59,678 bases of DNA, taken from the NCBI GenBank assembly GCA_020049045.1, contig JAIFLN010000017.1:1-59678 (forward strand). Direction: 5' to 3'. Source of the stretch: Spirochaetota bacterium. Its GTDB lineage: Bacteria > Spirochaetota > Spirochaetia > JABEVK01. The notes beneath the pieces are model-generated. The model saw nothing but the letters and a program-made list of their open reading frames with translations. It searched no databases and was not told the origin of the DNA. Made by a program: the position numbers and the translations under genes. Of this stretch, positions 28,625 to 38,012 are shown in pieces (within the stretch, counting starts at the first letter, position 1; every line of letters starts with the position of its first letter).

Positions 28625-29121
28625 CCGATTGCCTGCAAGAGCCCGAAGTCGCTAAAACGAGGGCCGACCCCGAGGAGTCCAGCCCCAAGGGCATGGTCAC
28701 GACCAGGTTCTCCGTCACAGCAAACAGTGTTGTGTAGCTCTGCGTCGCAACGCCTTAGGGGACCTTGGCTCCGTCGAAGAGCTCACGGGGCAGAGCCACA
28801 CGTCGAAACAGCACCGAAACTGGTTTTAAGCCCGTAGATGCCACAGTAAGCCGTGGGTATCCGCAGGGATCCAGCCAAATCACTCCCAAAAACCGGGTTG
28901 TCGGTCTGCATGTCCATCGCCAAAGGAGGGGTGTTGCCTTTTCCAATCACAATGGGCACCCCGTGCAGCGGCCCGAGAACCTCACCCCGGCGAACGGCTG
29001 CGTCAGCTTCGCGGGCTTGGTCGAGGGCGAGGGGGTGGAGTACCCCCGCGCTGAACGAGCCTCTTTGCAGGATGGGTCGAGACCCGGCACACCGCCAGAA
29101 GTGCCTTTGTCTCCGCAGCAT
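28625..29121 (-). pseudogene. Amidase-signature enzyme remnant
   Basis: EADAAVRRGEVLGPLHGVP, GKGNTP, GSDLAGSLRIP, GIYGLK fragments; GGSSGG motif missing; C-terminal piece SYTTLFAVTENLVVTMPLGLDSSG follows an in-frame stop. Confidence 0.85.
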
Positions 29122-29192
29122 TAAGGGGGCTCAGGTTCTCGAGGTGGGCAAGCAGTGAAATGACCATGGGTGATGCTAGCGCATTCTTCCAA

Positions 29193-29837
29193 TCAGGGAG
29201 ATCGGGAACTTGGAGTTTGAAACCTGATGGTCTTCACAAGAGCCAGGATTCCATAACAAATCATAAGGATCCCAACTATGACATTCAGCACGGTAATGGC
29301 TTCAGGAGGAATCATGCTTTTCGTTAGAGAAATGCCATAAGTCACGGTACCGAGGAATAACAGTGTCGCCAATCCTGCTCCGGAACCGAAAATCCATAAT
29401 TCTTGATTTGTGTACCCCTTCTCGAGGGCTTTCGCTGCAAAAATTCCACTCCAAAAAACGATGGTGAGGGGACTGGATAAGGTCAGTGCAAAGCTGCCCA
29501 TAAAGGCGCTAGCGAGTGACCAATCACTTCCCAGTATCACCTTGTTTTCCAGGACGAGGGCACTGTTCAAGGCAAGTGCTCCAAAGGCCAATAGGACCAA
29601 CGAACTGAGGATTCCCAGGGTTCGCCGAATTTTTTGGGTTTCGAGCAGCTTTCCAATGCCCAGGATGGAAAGCCCAATATAGAGGTAATCGACCATGGTG
29701 ACAGCCAAGACACCAAATAAACTAATGAGGAAATTGGAATCAATGGCAATTCCAAGAATATAGAAAAACACAGGTCCAATTGCCAGTTGCAAGAAAAGCC
29801 CGGTTAAGAGTCCATTCCCTAGTGGTTTCAATGTCAT
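29193..29837 (-). CDS. LysE/RhtB-family exporter
   Basis: LAIGPVFF and LTLSSPLTIVFW motifs; six hydrophobic segments; visibly more AT-rich than its neighbours. Confidence 0.88.
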   Translation of the reverse strand: MTLKPLGNGLLTGLFLQLAIGPVFFYILGIAIDSNFLISLFGVLAVTMVDYLYIGLSILGIGKLLETQKIRRTLGILSSLVLLAFGALALNSALVLENKVILGSDWSLASAFMGSFALTLSSPLTIVFWSGIFAAKALEKGYTNQELWIFGSGAGLATLLFLGTVTYGISLTKSMIPPEAITVLNVIVGILMICYGILALVKTIRFQTPSSRSP

Positions 29838-29870
29838 CTCCGAAGAACTGTACGAGATTGCCCGAGTCAG

Positions 29871-30536
29871 TTATCGGGAGTAACGGGGGTCCGTGGCAAA
29901 GGCCCAATTCAGCCAGCCTAGGCTTCCTGCCCAGAGAAGCCGCTGCCAGAGGCCGGTGTTTTCGGGCTGAAGGCCCGTCATTGCCGACGTGAGTGAGATA
30001 AACGTTAAGGCGGTTCCGTGAACCAGCTTTCGCTCGGGCTCCGGATCGGTGATAACCAAATTAAGGGCGGCTGCCGAGATACCGATGCCAGCCGTTGTCG
30101 CAAACAGGGAGTGCCATTGGGACTCCGTCGGATTGTAGGGAACACCCTCTACGAAGGGAGAAAGACTGGCAAAACCGGATGCCAGAATTCCCAGGCCCCA
30201 GGTGCCTAATCCTAGGCTTAGTGGCCAATCCTGACCTGTGCGAATCGAGTACGCGATGGTAGAACCAGCGACCATGCCCCCAAAGCCTATGAACCCGGCA
30301 TTCATGATCCAGGCTTTTTCATAACCCTGGGAACCCAGGTGGCTGATCGAGTGTACCCGAAGGTTGTAAGTGTCGGGAGCCGCCCCATGAGCAGAAAGCA
30401 GGGCAATTCCAAGATACCCGGTAGCGAACCCAATCTGGGTATCGAAATGATGGATATCGATCATTCCCTTGTCCTGGGAGTAGAGGAAAGTGCTCAAGAG
30501 GAGCAGGAGCAGCATTCCCGAAACCAGCACTTTCAT
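29871..30536 (-). CDS. DUF998-like membrane protein
   Basis: HSISHLGSQG, WHSLFA, GLWQR motifs; ATGA overlap with the ALDH. Confidence 0.7.
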   Translation of the reverse strand: MKVLVSGMLLLLLLSTFLYSQDKGMIDIHHFDTQIGFATGYLGIALLSAHGAAPDTYNLRVHSISHLGSQGYEKAWIMNAGFIGFGGMVAGSTIAYSIRTGQDWPLSLGLGTWGLGILASGFASLSPFVEGVPYNPTESQWHSLFATTAGIGISAAALNLVITDPEPERKLVHGTALTFISLTSAMTGLQPENTGLWQRLLWAGSLGWLNWAFATDPRYSR

Positions 30537-31906
30537 TTGAGGGATCCTTTCTGAATCATCCGCGTAACCGAGTCTCGATACGGAGGAAGCCTCAGGGGGA
30601 GTTCCCATTGGGGGCTTCGTTCCATCAGACTGCTGGGACGAGTGAAGGCCTTCCAGCCCTCACGGCCCCGATAGCTTCCGACTCCGCTGGCGCCCACTCC
30701 ACCAAAAGGGAGTTCTCTGTTCAAGATATGGGTGAAGACGTCGTTCAACACATAAGAACCGGCCGGGTAACTCAATCGTAGGCGGCGGAAAAAATCCTTG
30801 TCAAGGGAAAAAGCGTAGAGAGCCAGGGGCGACGGGAAGTTCTTCAAGAGAAGGCCAAGCTCGTGCTTGTCCTTGTAGGGAAGGATGGGGAGAACTGGTC
30901 CAAAGATTTCTTGAGTCAGCAGCGGTGAAGACTGATCACGGACCGTGACCAACGTCGGTGCGAAGTATCTTTCAGCGGGCTTGTTGTTCCCTCCTGACAG
31001 GATTTCTGAACCCTTGAGGAGTGCTTCGAGTCTTTGGAAGTGCGTGTCGTTGATGATCCGGCCGAAGGAAGGGGAAGAGCTGGGGTCAGCACCAAAGAAG
31101 TCCCCGATAACCCGCTTCAGTTCGTCGGTGAGTTCGGCAAAAAGGCTACTATGGACCAGCACGCTGTCGGGCGCCACACAGGTTTGACCGGCGTTGTAGA
31201 ATTTTCCAAAAGCGATGCGCTGCGCGACGAGCCGGAGGGGAAGCCCGGGCTCGACGACACAAGGATTCTTTCCTCCTAGTTCCAGGATGCAGGGAATGAG
31301 CCGCGGGGCCAGACTAGCGGCAATCTTCCTGCCGACCGCCGAGCTTCCTGTGAAGAAGACGAAACGGAAGTCCAGATCCAGCAACTCTTTCGCCGTGTCC
31401 GGCCCTCCCGTCACCACCCGCAGGACCTGTGGCCCGAAGGCGGCGTTGAGGGTTTTGGCCAGCACATCCGCAGTGTGAGGTGCCAATTCGGAGGGTTTCA
31501 GAACGACGGTGTTTCCGGCCGCCAACGCACCGATGACGGGCACCAAAGTCAAGTTGAGGGGATAGTTCCACGGACCCAGGATCAGCGTCGGGCCGTAGGG
31601 TTCTCGGGTCGCATAACTTCGGCCGGGCCACAAAAGGAAGGGCGTACCGCGCCGGGAGTTCTGAAAGACACGGCCCAACTGGGGGATTGTCGTATCGATT
31701 TCCTGCACACAGAATCCCAACTCGGCAGTGACAGCCTCCATTCGAGGTTTTCCGAGATCGCTGGCCAAGGCTTCGATGAACGCTTCCTGATTGTCCGTGA
31801 GGACACGACGCAAACGGAGAAGGGATTCTCGGCGAAAAGCCGGGGAACGGGTGCCTCCCGAAAGAAAGAACTCGAGTTGACCTGCCAACAATTGTTTCGC
31901 ATCCAT
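30533..31906 (-). CDS. Aldehyde dehydrogenase (ALDH3/fatty-aldehyde type)
   Basis: PWNYP, KPSE, FTGS, LELGGKNP, NAGQTCVAPD, EIFGP, PFGGVGASG. Confidence 0.95.
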   Translation of the reverse strand: MDAKQLLAGQLEFFLSGGTRSPAFRRESLLRLRRVLTDNQEAFIEALASDLGKPRMEAVTAELGFCVQEIDTTIPQLGRVFQNSRRGTPFLLWPGRSYATREPYGPTLILGPWNYPLNLTLVPVIGALAAGNTVVLKPSELAPHTADVLAKTLNAAFGPQVLRVVTGGPDTAKELLDLDFRFVFFTGSSAVGRKIAASLAPRLIPCILELGGKNPCVVEPGLPLRLVAQRIAFGKFYNAGQTCVAPDSVLVHSSLFAELTDELKRVIGDFFGADPSSSPSFGRIINDTHFQRLEALLKGSEILSGGNNKPAERYFAPTLVTVRDQSSPLLTQEIFGPVLPILPYKDKHELGLLLKNFPSPLALYAFSLDKDFFRRLRLSYPAGSYVLNDVFTHILNRELPFGGVGASGVGSYRGREGWKAFTRPSSLMERSPQWELPLRLPPYRDSVTRMIQKGSLK

Positions 31907-32051
31907 TTTCTCCCTCCATGTGTACAGCGCAAACATAGCGCGGTTAGTTTGCACTGTCATCCTGGCCGGGTATCGACCGGGAGACAGGGCACGTCGATCC
32001 GAAGTTGGCTGCCTTGGCGATCGCTTTGTGTGTCAGGGAGTCATTCTGAGT

Positions 32052-33122
32052 CTAGCGTTCGCCCGTCCCTAACCGGTAGAGCATCATCGGTGTTTCCTTG
32101 CCGCGAAGCGCCACGTTCTCAAGTCGCTCGGTCACAAGGCTTTTAGACAGCGATTCCGGCAGCGCGCGCAGGATGGTCTCACTCACGAGTATGCTGGTAT
32201 CGAAACGCTTGCAGGCATCCTGAATGCGCTGGGTGGTGTTGACGGTATCGCCCCAGTACCCGATTTCCTTGTGCTCAAATCCAATCTCGCCAATAACACA
32301 TGGTCCCAGGTGGAGGCCTGAGGTGTAGACCACGTCTCGGCCGTGGCGAGCGGCAATGCGCTGCCTAATCTGGTCGAACTCGCGGTTGAAGTTGAGCAGC
32401 ATGCGCAGCGCCTGATCGACCTGCTCGGGCGGCCACACCAGAATTTCTCCGTCTCCCATGTACTTGTAAATCGTACCCTGGAAGTAGCGGGCGTAGGTCT
32501 CGAGGGCGTGGTGAAACTCACTCGCCACATCAAAAAACGCCTCAGAACCCAAGTCCTCGGCCAACGTCGTCGAAGCTTTGATGTCAACAAACAACACTAC
32601 GCGGGTCTCGAGGCGGGGTCTGCGGTAGCGTCCTGAGTACACCTGCGCCACGACGGAGCGTCCGCTGAACTGCGAGAGCGTGGTCACCAAACTCACCAAA
32701 ATAGCGCAGAAACTGGCGATGGCAACGCCAAAGGTCATCATGCGTGGTGTAAAGAGATCCTCGGGAAAGAATAGCAATCCAAAGGGGAGGGTGACGACGA
32801 CGGTGGACAACAGCAGCAAACCGATGTTGGCCAGCACACTGGTCAAATACGCCGAACGCTGGCGGCGGAGCAACTCCTGGACCAGCGCATTGGCGGACAA
32901 ATACACTAACGTCAACACGGAACCGATGGCCAAGCCCGCTAGAAAGTTGCTGAACAACGAAATCCTGGCCGGTTGGAACAATGTCGTCGTCGCAGAGGTG
33001 AACAAGCCGACCACCACCGTTGCCTTGAGGATAAAGTGGAACTGCCGCCAGGCGAGTTCCCGTTCCAACTGAGGGCGGGAGAGGAACACCGTTTGCACAA
33101 AGAAAGGATATGGCAGGTCCAT
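32052..33122 (-). CDS. Membrane-bound class III adenylate/guanylate cyclase
   Basis: Four N-terminal TMs; LFVDIKASTT, KYMGD, GDTVNTTQRI motifs. Confidence 0.88.
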   Translation of the reverse strand: MDLPYPFFVQTVFLSRPQLERELAWRQFHFILKATVVVGLFTSATTTLFQPARISLFSNFLAGLAIGSVLTLVYLSANALVQELLRRQRSAYLTSVLANIGLLLLSTVVVTLPFGLLFFPEDLFTPRMMTFGVAIASFCAILVSLVTTLSQFSGRSVVAQVYSGRYRRPRLETRVVLFVDIKASTTLAEDLGSEAFFDVASEFHHALETYARYFQGTIYKYMGDGEILVWPPEQVDQALRMLLNFNREFDQIRQRIAARHGRDVVYTSGLHLGPCVIGEIGFEHKEIGYWGDTVNTTQRIQDACKRFDTSILVSETILRALPESLSKSLVTERLENVALRGKETPMMLYRLGTGER

Positions 33123-33129
33123 TGAGAGG

Positions 33130-33576
33130 TCAAGGCTCTTCCATCTCGGCAACCAGGGCCTTCAAGTTCAGGCGGAAGGCTTCCCGCTCTGACCCCAGGA
33201 TTTCGAGAAGGCTTTCGCTGGCTTGTGATAACAGCCCCGCCGTTCTCGCCAGGACTTCCCCTCCGGTGGCAGTGAGATACACCAAGGTCTGCCGCCGGTT
33301 TTCGGGCCGTTCTTCCTGCCTCACCAAACCTTTAACCTTGAGCGCTGTGATGCGTTGGCTGATCAGCGACTTGCTCTGGTCAAGGTAGCGGCATAGGTTT
33401 TCCTGTACCGGAACGGCGACATCGCCCACCGCCATCAGCACGAGGAACTCGGCATAGGTGATGCCTTCGTTGGCCAGAACACTGTCACGGGCGAACTGGT
33501 CAATCTGAATCACAAGCTTGTGCACAAGGTAGACTTCGGTTTCGCGGAAGGGGCGTTCGGAGCTTTTCGGATTCAT
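33130..33576 (-). CDS. MarR-family regulator
   Basis: GITYAEFLVL, L..KGLV, ENRRQTLVYLTATG wing motif. Confidence 0.9.
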   Translation of the reverse strand: MNPKSSERPFRETEVYLVHKLVIQIDQFARDSVLANEGITYAEFLVLMAVGDVAVPVQENLCRYLDQSKSLISQRITALKVKGLVRQEERPENRRQTLVYLTATGGEVLARTAGLLSQASESLLEILGSEREAFRLNLKALVAEMEEP

Positions 33577-33584
33577 GCTTTCTC

Positions 33585-35768
33585 TTACCATGTTTCCGTG
33601 AAAATCGCCGTTGACCCCCGGCTTTTTAGGAGAGCCGTGACATCGGTCACCATGGCCGGTGAGCCGCAAAGGTAGAACTCGGTTTGCGCCGGATCAAAGG
33701 GCAGGGTTTCCAGGAACGCTGTGACACGGCCCGCGAAACCAGTCCCGGCCGCACGCGAGGTGCAGACGACGGCACCGGCCACGCTTTCAGCGAGGTTGTC
33801 GGCAGGTGTCCGGCAACCAAACACCACGGTACCGGGTTCGCGCCGGTGCATTGCCAGCAGGGGTGCCAGACCGGTGCCGGTGCCCACGTACACCTTGCGG
33901 CGCGAAGTTCCGCTCAGAGCAAAAATGCCCATGGGACCCTCGATCCTCAGGCTGTCGCCAACTTGAGCGCGGCGGAACCACTGCGACCCGTCGCCTCCTG
34001 TTGCCACCGAAATCAGAAACTCCGCCTCGCACCCGCCGTCGGTCGGTCTCACGTCAACCAGGGAGTAGTCGCGCCATTCCAGCGGGGCCACCTCGAGGCG
34101 CGCATATTGACCCGGGCGGAACTCCCAGGAGCGGTCAACGGCAAAGCTCACGGCGACAACTTCGGTGCTTTTCCAAGACAGCGACCGCAGGGTCGCTCTG
34201 GCGCGGGGAGCCACACCGTTTGCCTTCGACGCGGCGAGCATCATGGGCATGCCCCGCGAGCCCAGCAGGGTCAGCGCACAGCCGGCGCCTCCCATCAGGG
34301 CTCCGGTGATTCCCAGGCTGGCGGCATCGGTTCCCGCAAGGTAGAGGCCGGGGATGGCGGTTTTGGGTGTGAGACCGCTGATGGCGTAGCGTTCGGGCCG
34401 GGCAGGCAGACCGTAAAATTGGCCCCGCTCCGACTGAAGGTATTGTTCCAAGGTCAGCGGTGTGGACAGCTCCTGATAGTCCACCAAGGCAGTCAGTCCC
34501 GGCAGGGCCCGTTCGGCCGTCGCCAGCAGCCCTGCCGCAATCCGGACCTTCGCCGCCTCATAACCGTCCGCGCGTGAAAAGTGGCTCCACAGTGCTGGGG
34601 CAATGATTTCGGCGGTGTGGAAACGTTCCTCTCCGTTTTTCAAGGAAGGAAAGGACACATAGACGTGCTCGGGGTGTCCGTCGAAGGCTGCCTTGGCTTG
34701 GGCCGCAAAGGAGCTTTGCTGGTCTTTGGCGTATACCCACCAATTCTCACCGTGAACGCCGAGCTCTTGGGCGCTGCGCTTGAGTTTCAGGTAGAGGGTG
34801 ACGGCGCTGTAACCAGGGGGTACGGTGTTGACCTGCTGTTGAAGGGCCGCCATTTCGGGCGGGAGGGCACCCTTGAGCAGGTGGTTGAGCGTTGGTTTCA
34901 CACCGATGGCCGAAATCACGATGGCGCTCTCGAAGGTCAGTTCGCGGCCGGTGCCATTGCCGACATCGACAGCCCTGACGCCACAGGCGGCTCCCTTGGT
35001 ATCGCGCAGGATTTCGACGGCCTTCCAGCCCGTCAGGACAAGACCGCCGCGAGCTTCGATGCCCTCGGCGGCGGCGCGGGCTATTCTCCCCGAACCACCC
35101 TCGGGAAAGTATGCTCCGTGGGTGTAGTGCCCCTGAACCAAGGCGTGGATGGCGAAGGCTGCCTCCTCGGGGGGCAACCCGTAGTCACCGTTGAAGGCGG
35201 TCAGAAGATTCCGCAAGGCTGGGTCGGACACACATTGGTCGAGCACCGACAGCGTTGTCCGCGCGGCTTTGCCTCGTCCCCCCTTCACCAGGGCTGTGAG
35301 CACTGAGCTGACCGGCGCGGGCACGAGGTTTGCCATGAAACCCAGGCGGACCCACCCCCGCATTTTGCGCAGTTCTCGGTACCAGCGACGGATGCCCTTC
35401 TTTTCGTGGGGAAAGGCCTCCTCGAGCCGGCGCTGCCACAGGGCAGGGTTGGACGGTTGCTTCAAATCGTAACCGGGCAGAGAGAAGTGCTCGAACTCGT
35501 CGGGCATAGGACGCCATTTGACTTCACCGCCGGTCACCAGATCCATAAGGGTGCGGGGCATGGTACCCTCGGACATCTCGCCCACATAATGCAGGCCCAC
35601 GTCCCAGCTGGCACCCTGGCGGCGGAAGACGTGTGTCAGACCCCCGGGTTGAACATGCTGTTCCAGCACCAGAACCTTTTTTCCTCCGACTTTGGCCAAA
35701 ATCGAAGCCGCTGTGAGGCCTCCGATTCCTGATCCGATCACAATCGCATCCCATCTTATGTTTAGCAT
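33585..35768 (-). CDS. RetSat/CrtI-like FAD oxidoreductase fused to an FNR-type FAD/NAD(P) reductase
   Basis: N-part GSGIGG, WDVGLHYVG, FPEGG, STPLT, GLYLAG; C-part FRPGQY, RDYSL, GTGTGLAP, FYLCGSPAMV. Confidence 0.88.
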   Translation of the reverse strand: MLNIRWDAIVIGSGIGGLTAASILAKVGGKKVLVLEQHVQPGGLTHVFRRQGASWDVGLHYVGEMSEGTMPRTLMDLVTGGEVKWRPMPDEFEHFSLPGYDLKQPSNPALWQRRLEEAFPHEKKGIRRWYRELRKMRGWVRLGFMANLVPAPVSSVLTALVKGGRGKAARTTLSVLDQCVSDPALRNLLTAFNGDYGLPPEEAAFAIHALVQGHYTHGAYFPEGGSGRIARAAAEGIEARGGLVLTGWKAVEILRDTKGAACGVRAVDVGNGTGRELTFESAIVISAIGVKPTLNHLLKGALPPEMAALQQQVNTVPPGYSAVTLYLKLKRSAQELGVHGENWWVYAKDQQSSFAAQAKAAFDGHPEHVYVSFPSLKNGEERFHTAEIIAPALWSHFSRADGYEAAKVRIAAGLLATAERALPGLTALVDYQELSTPLTLEQYLQSERGQFYGLPARPERYAISGLTPKTAIPGLYLAGTDAASLGITGALMGGAGCALTLLGSRGMPMMLAASKANGVAPRARATLRSLSWKSTEVVAVSFAVDRSWEFRPGQYARLEVAPLEWRDYSLVDVRPTDGGCEAEFLISVATGGDGSQWFRRAQVGDSLRIEGPMGIFALSGTSRRKVYVGTGTGLAPLLAMHRREPGTVVFGCRTPADNLAESVAGAVVCTSRAAGTGFAGRVTAFLETLPFDPAQTEFYLCGSPAMVTDVTALLKSRGSTAIFTETW

Positions 35769-35769
35769 A

Positions 35770-35802
35770 TAAACAGTTTAATAGATAAACTATCTTTGTC
35801 AA
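35770..35802 (-). promoter_or_regulatory. Sigma70 promoter overlapped by probable MarR operators
   Basis: TTGACA-16-TAAACT-6-ATG; palindromes TAAAC-A-GTTTA (35770-35780) and AGATA-AAC-TATCT (35783-35795). Confidence 0.7.
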
Positions 35803-35927
35803 GAGATTGACCTGAACCTTCTCGAAGCGGCCCGAAGGCCTTGTCGTCTGACTTTGTATATATTAGAAAAACTACATTGTTTTAATTAGAAAATAGCCAT
35901 ACCTTAACAATGAGAAGGGAGGACGCC

Positions 35928-36308
35928 ATGACAAATAAGAAACTACCATTTTTAGGCCGTGTCAAATTGGTCTGGAATTCGGCGATGAGAGAAGTGAAGA
36001 AACTGTTGGGCCAGGTTCAAGAAAAAGTTGATATCGACAGCCACTTTGCCCGTTTGGCACACAAATGGGACCGTATCAACAAGGGGATGGTGAAACTTGA
36101 TCCCACCTTTTTGGGGATTTTCGATAAGGATGCGAAGACCTTGACCATCCGTGAGGAGTGTTCGCTGGAAAAAGGCGACCTGATCGAATCGGAACACGTA
36201 CAGTATCGAGTTGAAGCCCTACAGCCGGGCCAGACTCAGATTTCTTTGGAGATTGAACAGGTGACTCACTTGGTCCCTTGCAAGGTTGCCGTTCTCGCCA
36301 AAATCTAG
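35928..36308 (+). CDS. Hypothetical protein
   Basis: Strong RBS GGGAGG; 126 aa; AT-rich upstream region with an ATTAGAAAA direct repeat; no family recognised. Confidence 0.75.
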   Translation: MTNKKLPFLGRVKLVWNSAMREVKKLLGQVQEKVDIDSHFARLAHKWDRINKGMVKLDPTFLGIFDKDAKTLTIREECSLEKGDLIESEHVQYRVEALQPGQTQISLEIEQVTHLVPCKVAVLAKI

Positions 36309-36399
36309 ACTGCGAAGTTCCCGCCTGCCGAGACAGCAGGTTTGAGGATTTTGCCTGACACTTCAGGACCGTGCTACACTGGCCCCGCGGAGGGACACC

Positions 36400-38010
36400 A
36401 TGAAAGCGGGAATGGCGTTGCTGTTGGTCTTGTTGACGGCCGGTTTGGCAGAAGGGCAGAGCACGGCCCGGACGGTGGTGCTGGGCACCAATCTCAGTTC
36501 GGTTGTGGATTATAGCTCTGAGCTTCCCTTTGTCGACCTGATGCATTCGGCTCGGGTGTGGTACACCAAGGACGCCGAAGATCCCGAGTGGGACGGACCC
36601 TGGAACACCGAAATGGCCACCCAGCTGGCCTACCGTACCGATGGTTACCCTACCTATTTACCGCAGAAAGTCGCCAGCCAGAAGTATGCCCAGCGCGTGG
36701 CCACCATCTGGGGCGAAACCTCTGCCTGGCCCGAGGGGACTTGGGTGGTTTTGTGGGAAGGTAAGGGAAAGCTTTCGATGGGAGGGCAGGTGCTCGACGT
36801 GACCAGCACGTCGCCCAACCGGCTGACTTTTCGCTACCAAAGGCCTGCCGAAGGGCAGAACGCGTCGGTGGAACTGGTGATCGAAACCTCGGACCTGGCG
36901 GATCCGGTACGGCGGGTCCGCGTGTTGATGCCGGGCACAGAAGCGACCTCAGAGGCCCAGCCGTTCAACCCGTTGTGGCTCAAGCAGCTCAGGCTCTTTT
37001 CGACGGTGCGTTTTATGGACTGGGGTGCTACCAACGGCTGGGGTCAACCCGATCCGTGGACCTGGGACGACAAAACACTGTTCTCGTGGAAACAGCGTGC
37101 CACCCTGGACCATTACACCTGGGCCGACGGCCGCGGGGTTCCCTACGAAATGATGATCCGCCTGATGAACGAGCAGCAGCTCGACGGATGGGTGTGCGTT
37201 CCCCACCGCGCTGACCCGGGGTACATCGCCGCCATGGCTGCCTTGTTCCACGCGCAGGTCGACCCCCGCCGCAAGCTCACCGTGGAATACAGCAACGAGC
37301 TGTGGAACTGGATGTTTGGTCAGGCCCAGTGGCTCAAGAAATACGGTCGTCCGGGCGTCACTTGGCCCGAAAACATCACCGGCAACATTCAGGACTGCTT
37401 GGACACGTGGACCAAGGAATACGGCAAGGACCTCGGGCGTCTGACCCGCGTTGTCGGGCTGCAGACGGGCTGGCTCGACGTGAGCCAGCGCATCGCCTTC
37501 AACCTGCGGCCGGGCAGTTTTGACGCGGTGGCACCGGCGTACTACTTCGGACTGAGTGAAGCCGCTGATGCCAGTCTGGACGCGCTGGGGGCCAAAGCCA
37601 CCGTCGCCGATGTGGCCAATGCGGTTCGCAAGGGCTGGGAAGTGAACGAAAAACCCTGGATGACGGCGATTCACACCCAGTTGGCCGCCAAACTCGGTCT
37701 GCCTATGGTGTACTACGAAGGCGGCCAGCATCTGACCCCGACGCCCTTCGGCCAGGAACCCACCTATGCCGCCGCCTTGCTGGCCATCCAGCGCGACCCG
37801 GTGATGGCGGTGCTGTACCGCGAATGGCTGGCTTTTGTGAAAACCCTCGGCCGTGTACAAGACCCGTTGGTGCTGATGAACTTTGCGTTTGTCGGCGGCC
37901 GCAGCGCACAGTACGGCAGCTGGGGTATTCTCGAGAGCCTGGACCAGGATTTTGACCGTATTCCGGCCCCCAAGTACCAGGTCCTGCGCGAGCTGATGGG
38001 AAAGCCCTGA
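36400..38010 (+). CDS. Secreted uncharacterised protein, GH-A-clan-like TIM barrel
   Basis: Signal peptide; RFMDW, VEYSNELWNW, YYEGGQH, YGSWG; Trp-rich. Confidence 0.7.
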   Translation: MKAGMALLLVLLTAGLAEGQSTARTVVLGTNLSSVVDYSSELPFVDLMHSARVWYTKDAEDPEWDGPWNTEMATQLAYRTDGYPTYLPQKVASQKYAQRVATIWGETSAWPEGTWVVLWEGKGKLSMGGQVLDVTSTSPNRLTFRYQRPAEGQNASVELVIETSDLADPVRRVRVLMPGTEATSEAQPFNPLWLKQLRLFSTVRFMDWGATNGWGQPDPWTWDDKTLFSWKQRATLDHYTWADGRGVPYEMMIRLMNEQQLDGWVCVPHRADPGYIAAMAALFHAQVDPRRKLTVEYSNELWNWMFGQAQWLKKYGRPGVTWPENITGNIQDCLDTWTKEYGKDLGRLTRVVGLQTGWLDVSQRIAFNLRPGSFDAVAPAYYFGLSEAADASLDALGAKATVADVANAVRKGWEVNEKPWMTAIHTQLAAKLGLPMVYYEGGQHLTPTPFGQEPTYAAALLAIQRDPVMAVLYREWLAFVKTLGRVQDPLVLMNFAFVGGRSAQYGSWGILESLDQDFDRIPAPKYQVLRELMGKP

Positions 38011-38012
38011 CG

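Noticed and set aside
29193-30536. AT-richer LysE/DUF998 stretch as a genomic island
   Set aside because: Composition judged by eye only; no att sites, IRs or mobility genes.
23559-35768. Canonical carotenoid biosynthesis cluster
   Set aside because: No crtB/crtM, crtE or cyclase, so crt symbols were not assigned.
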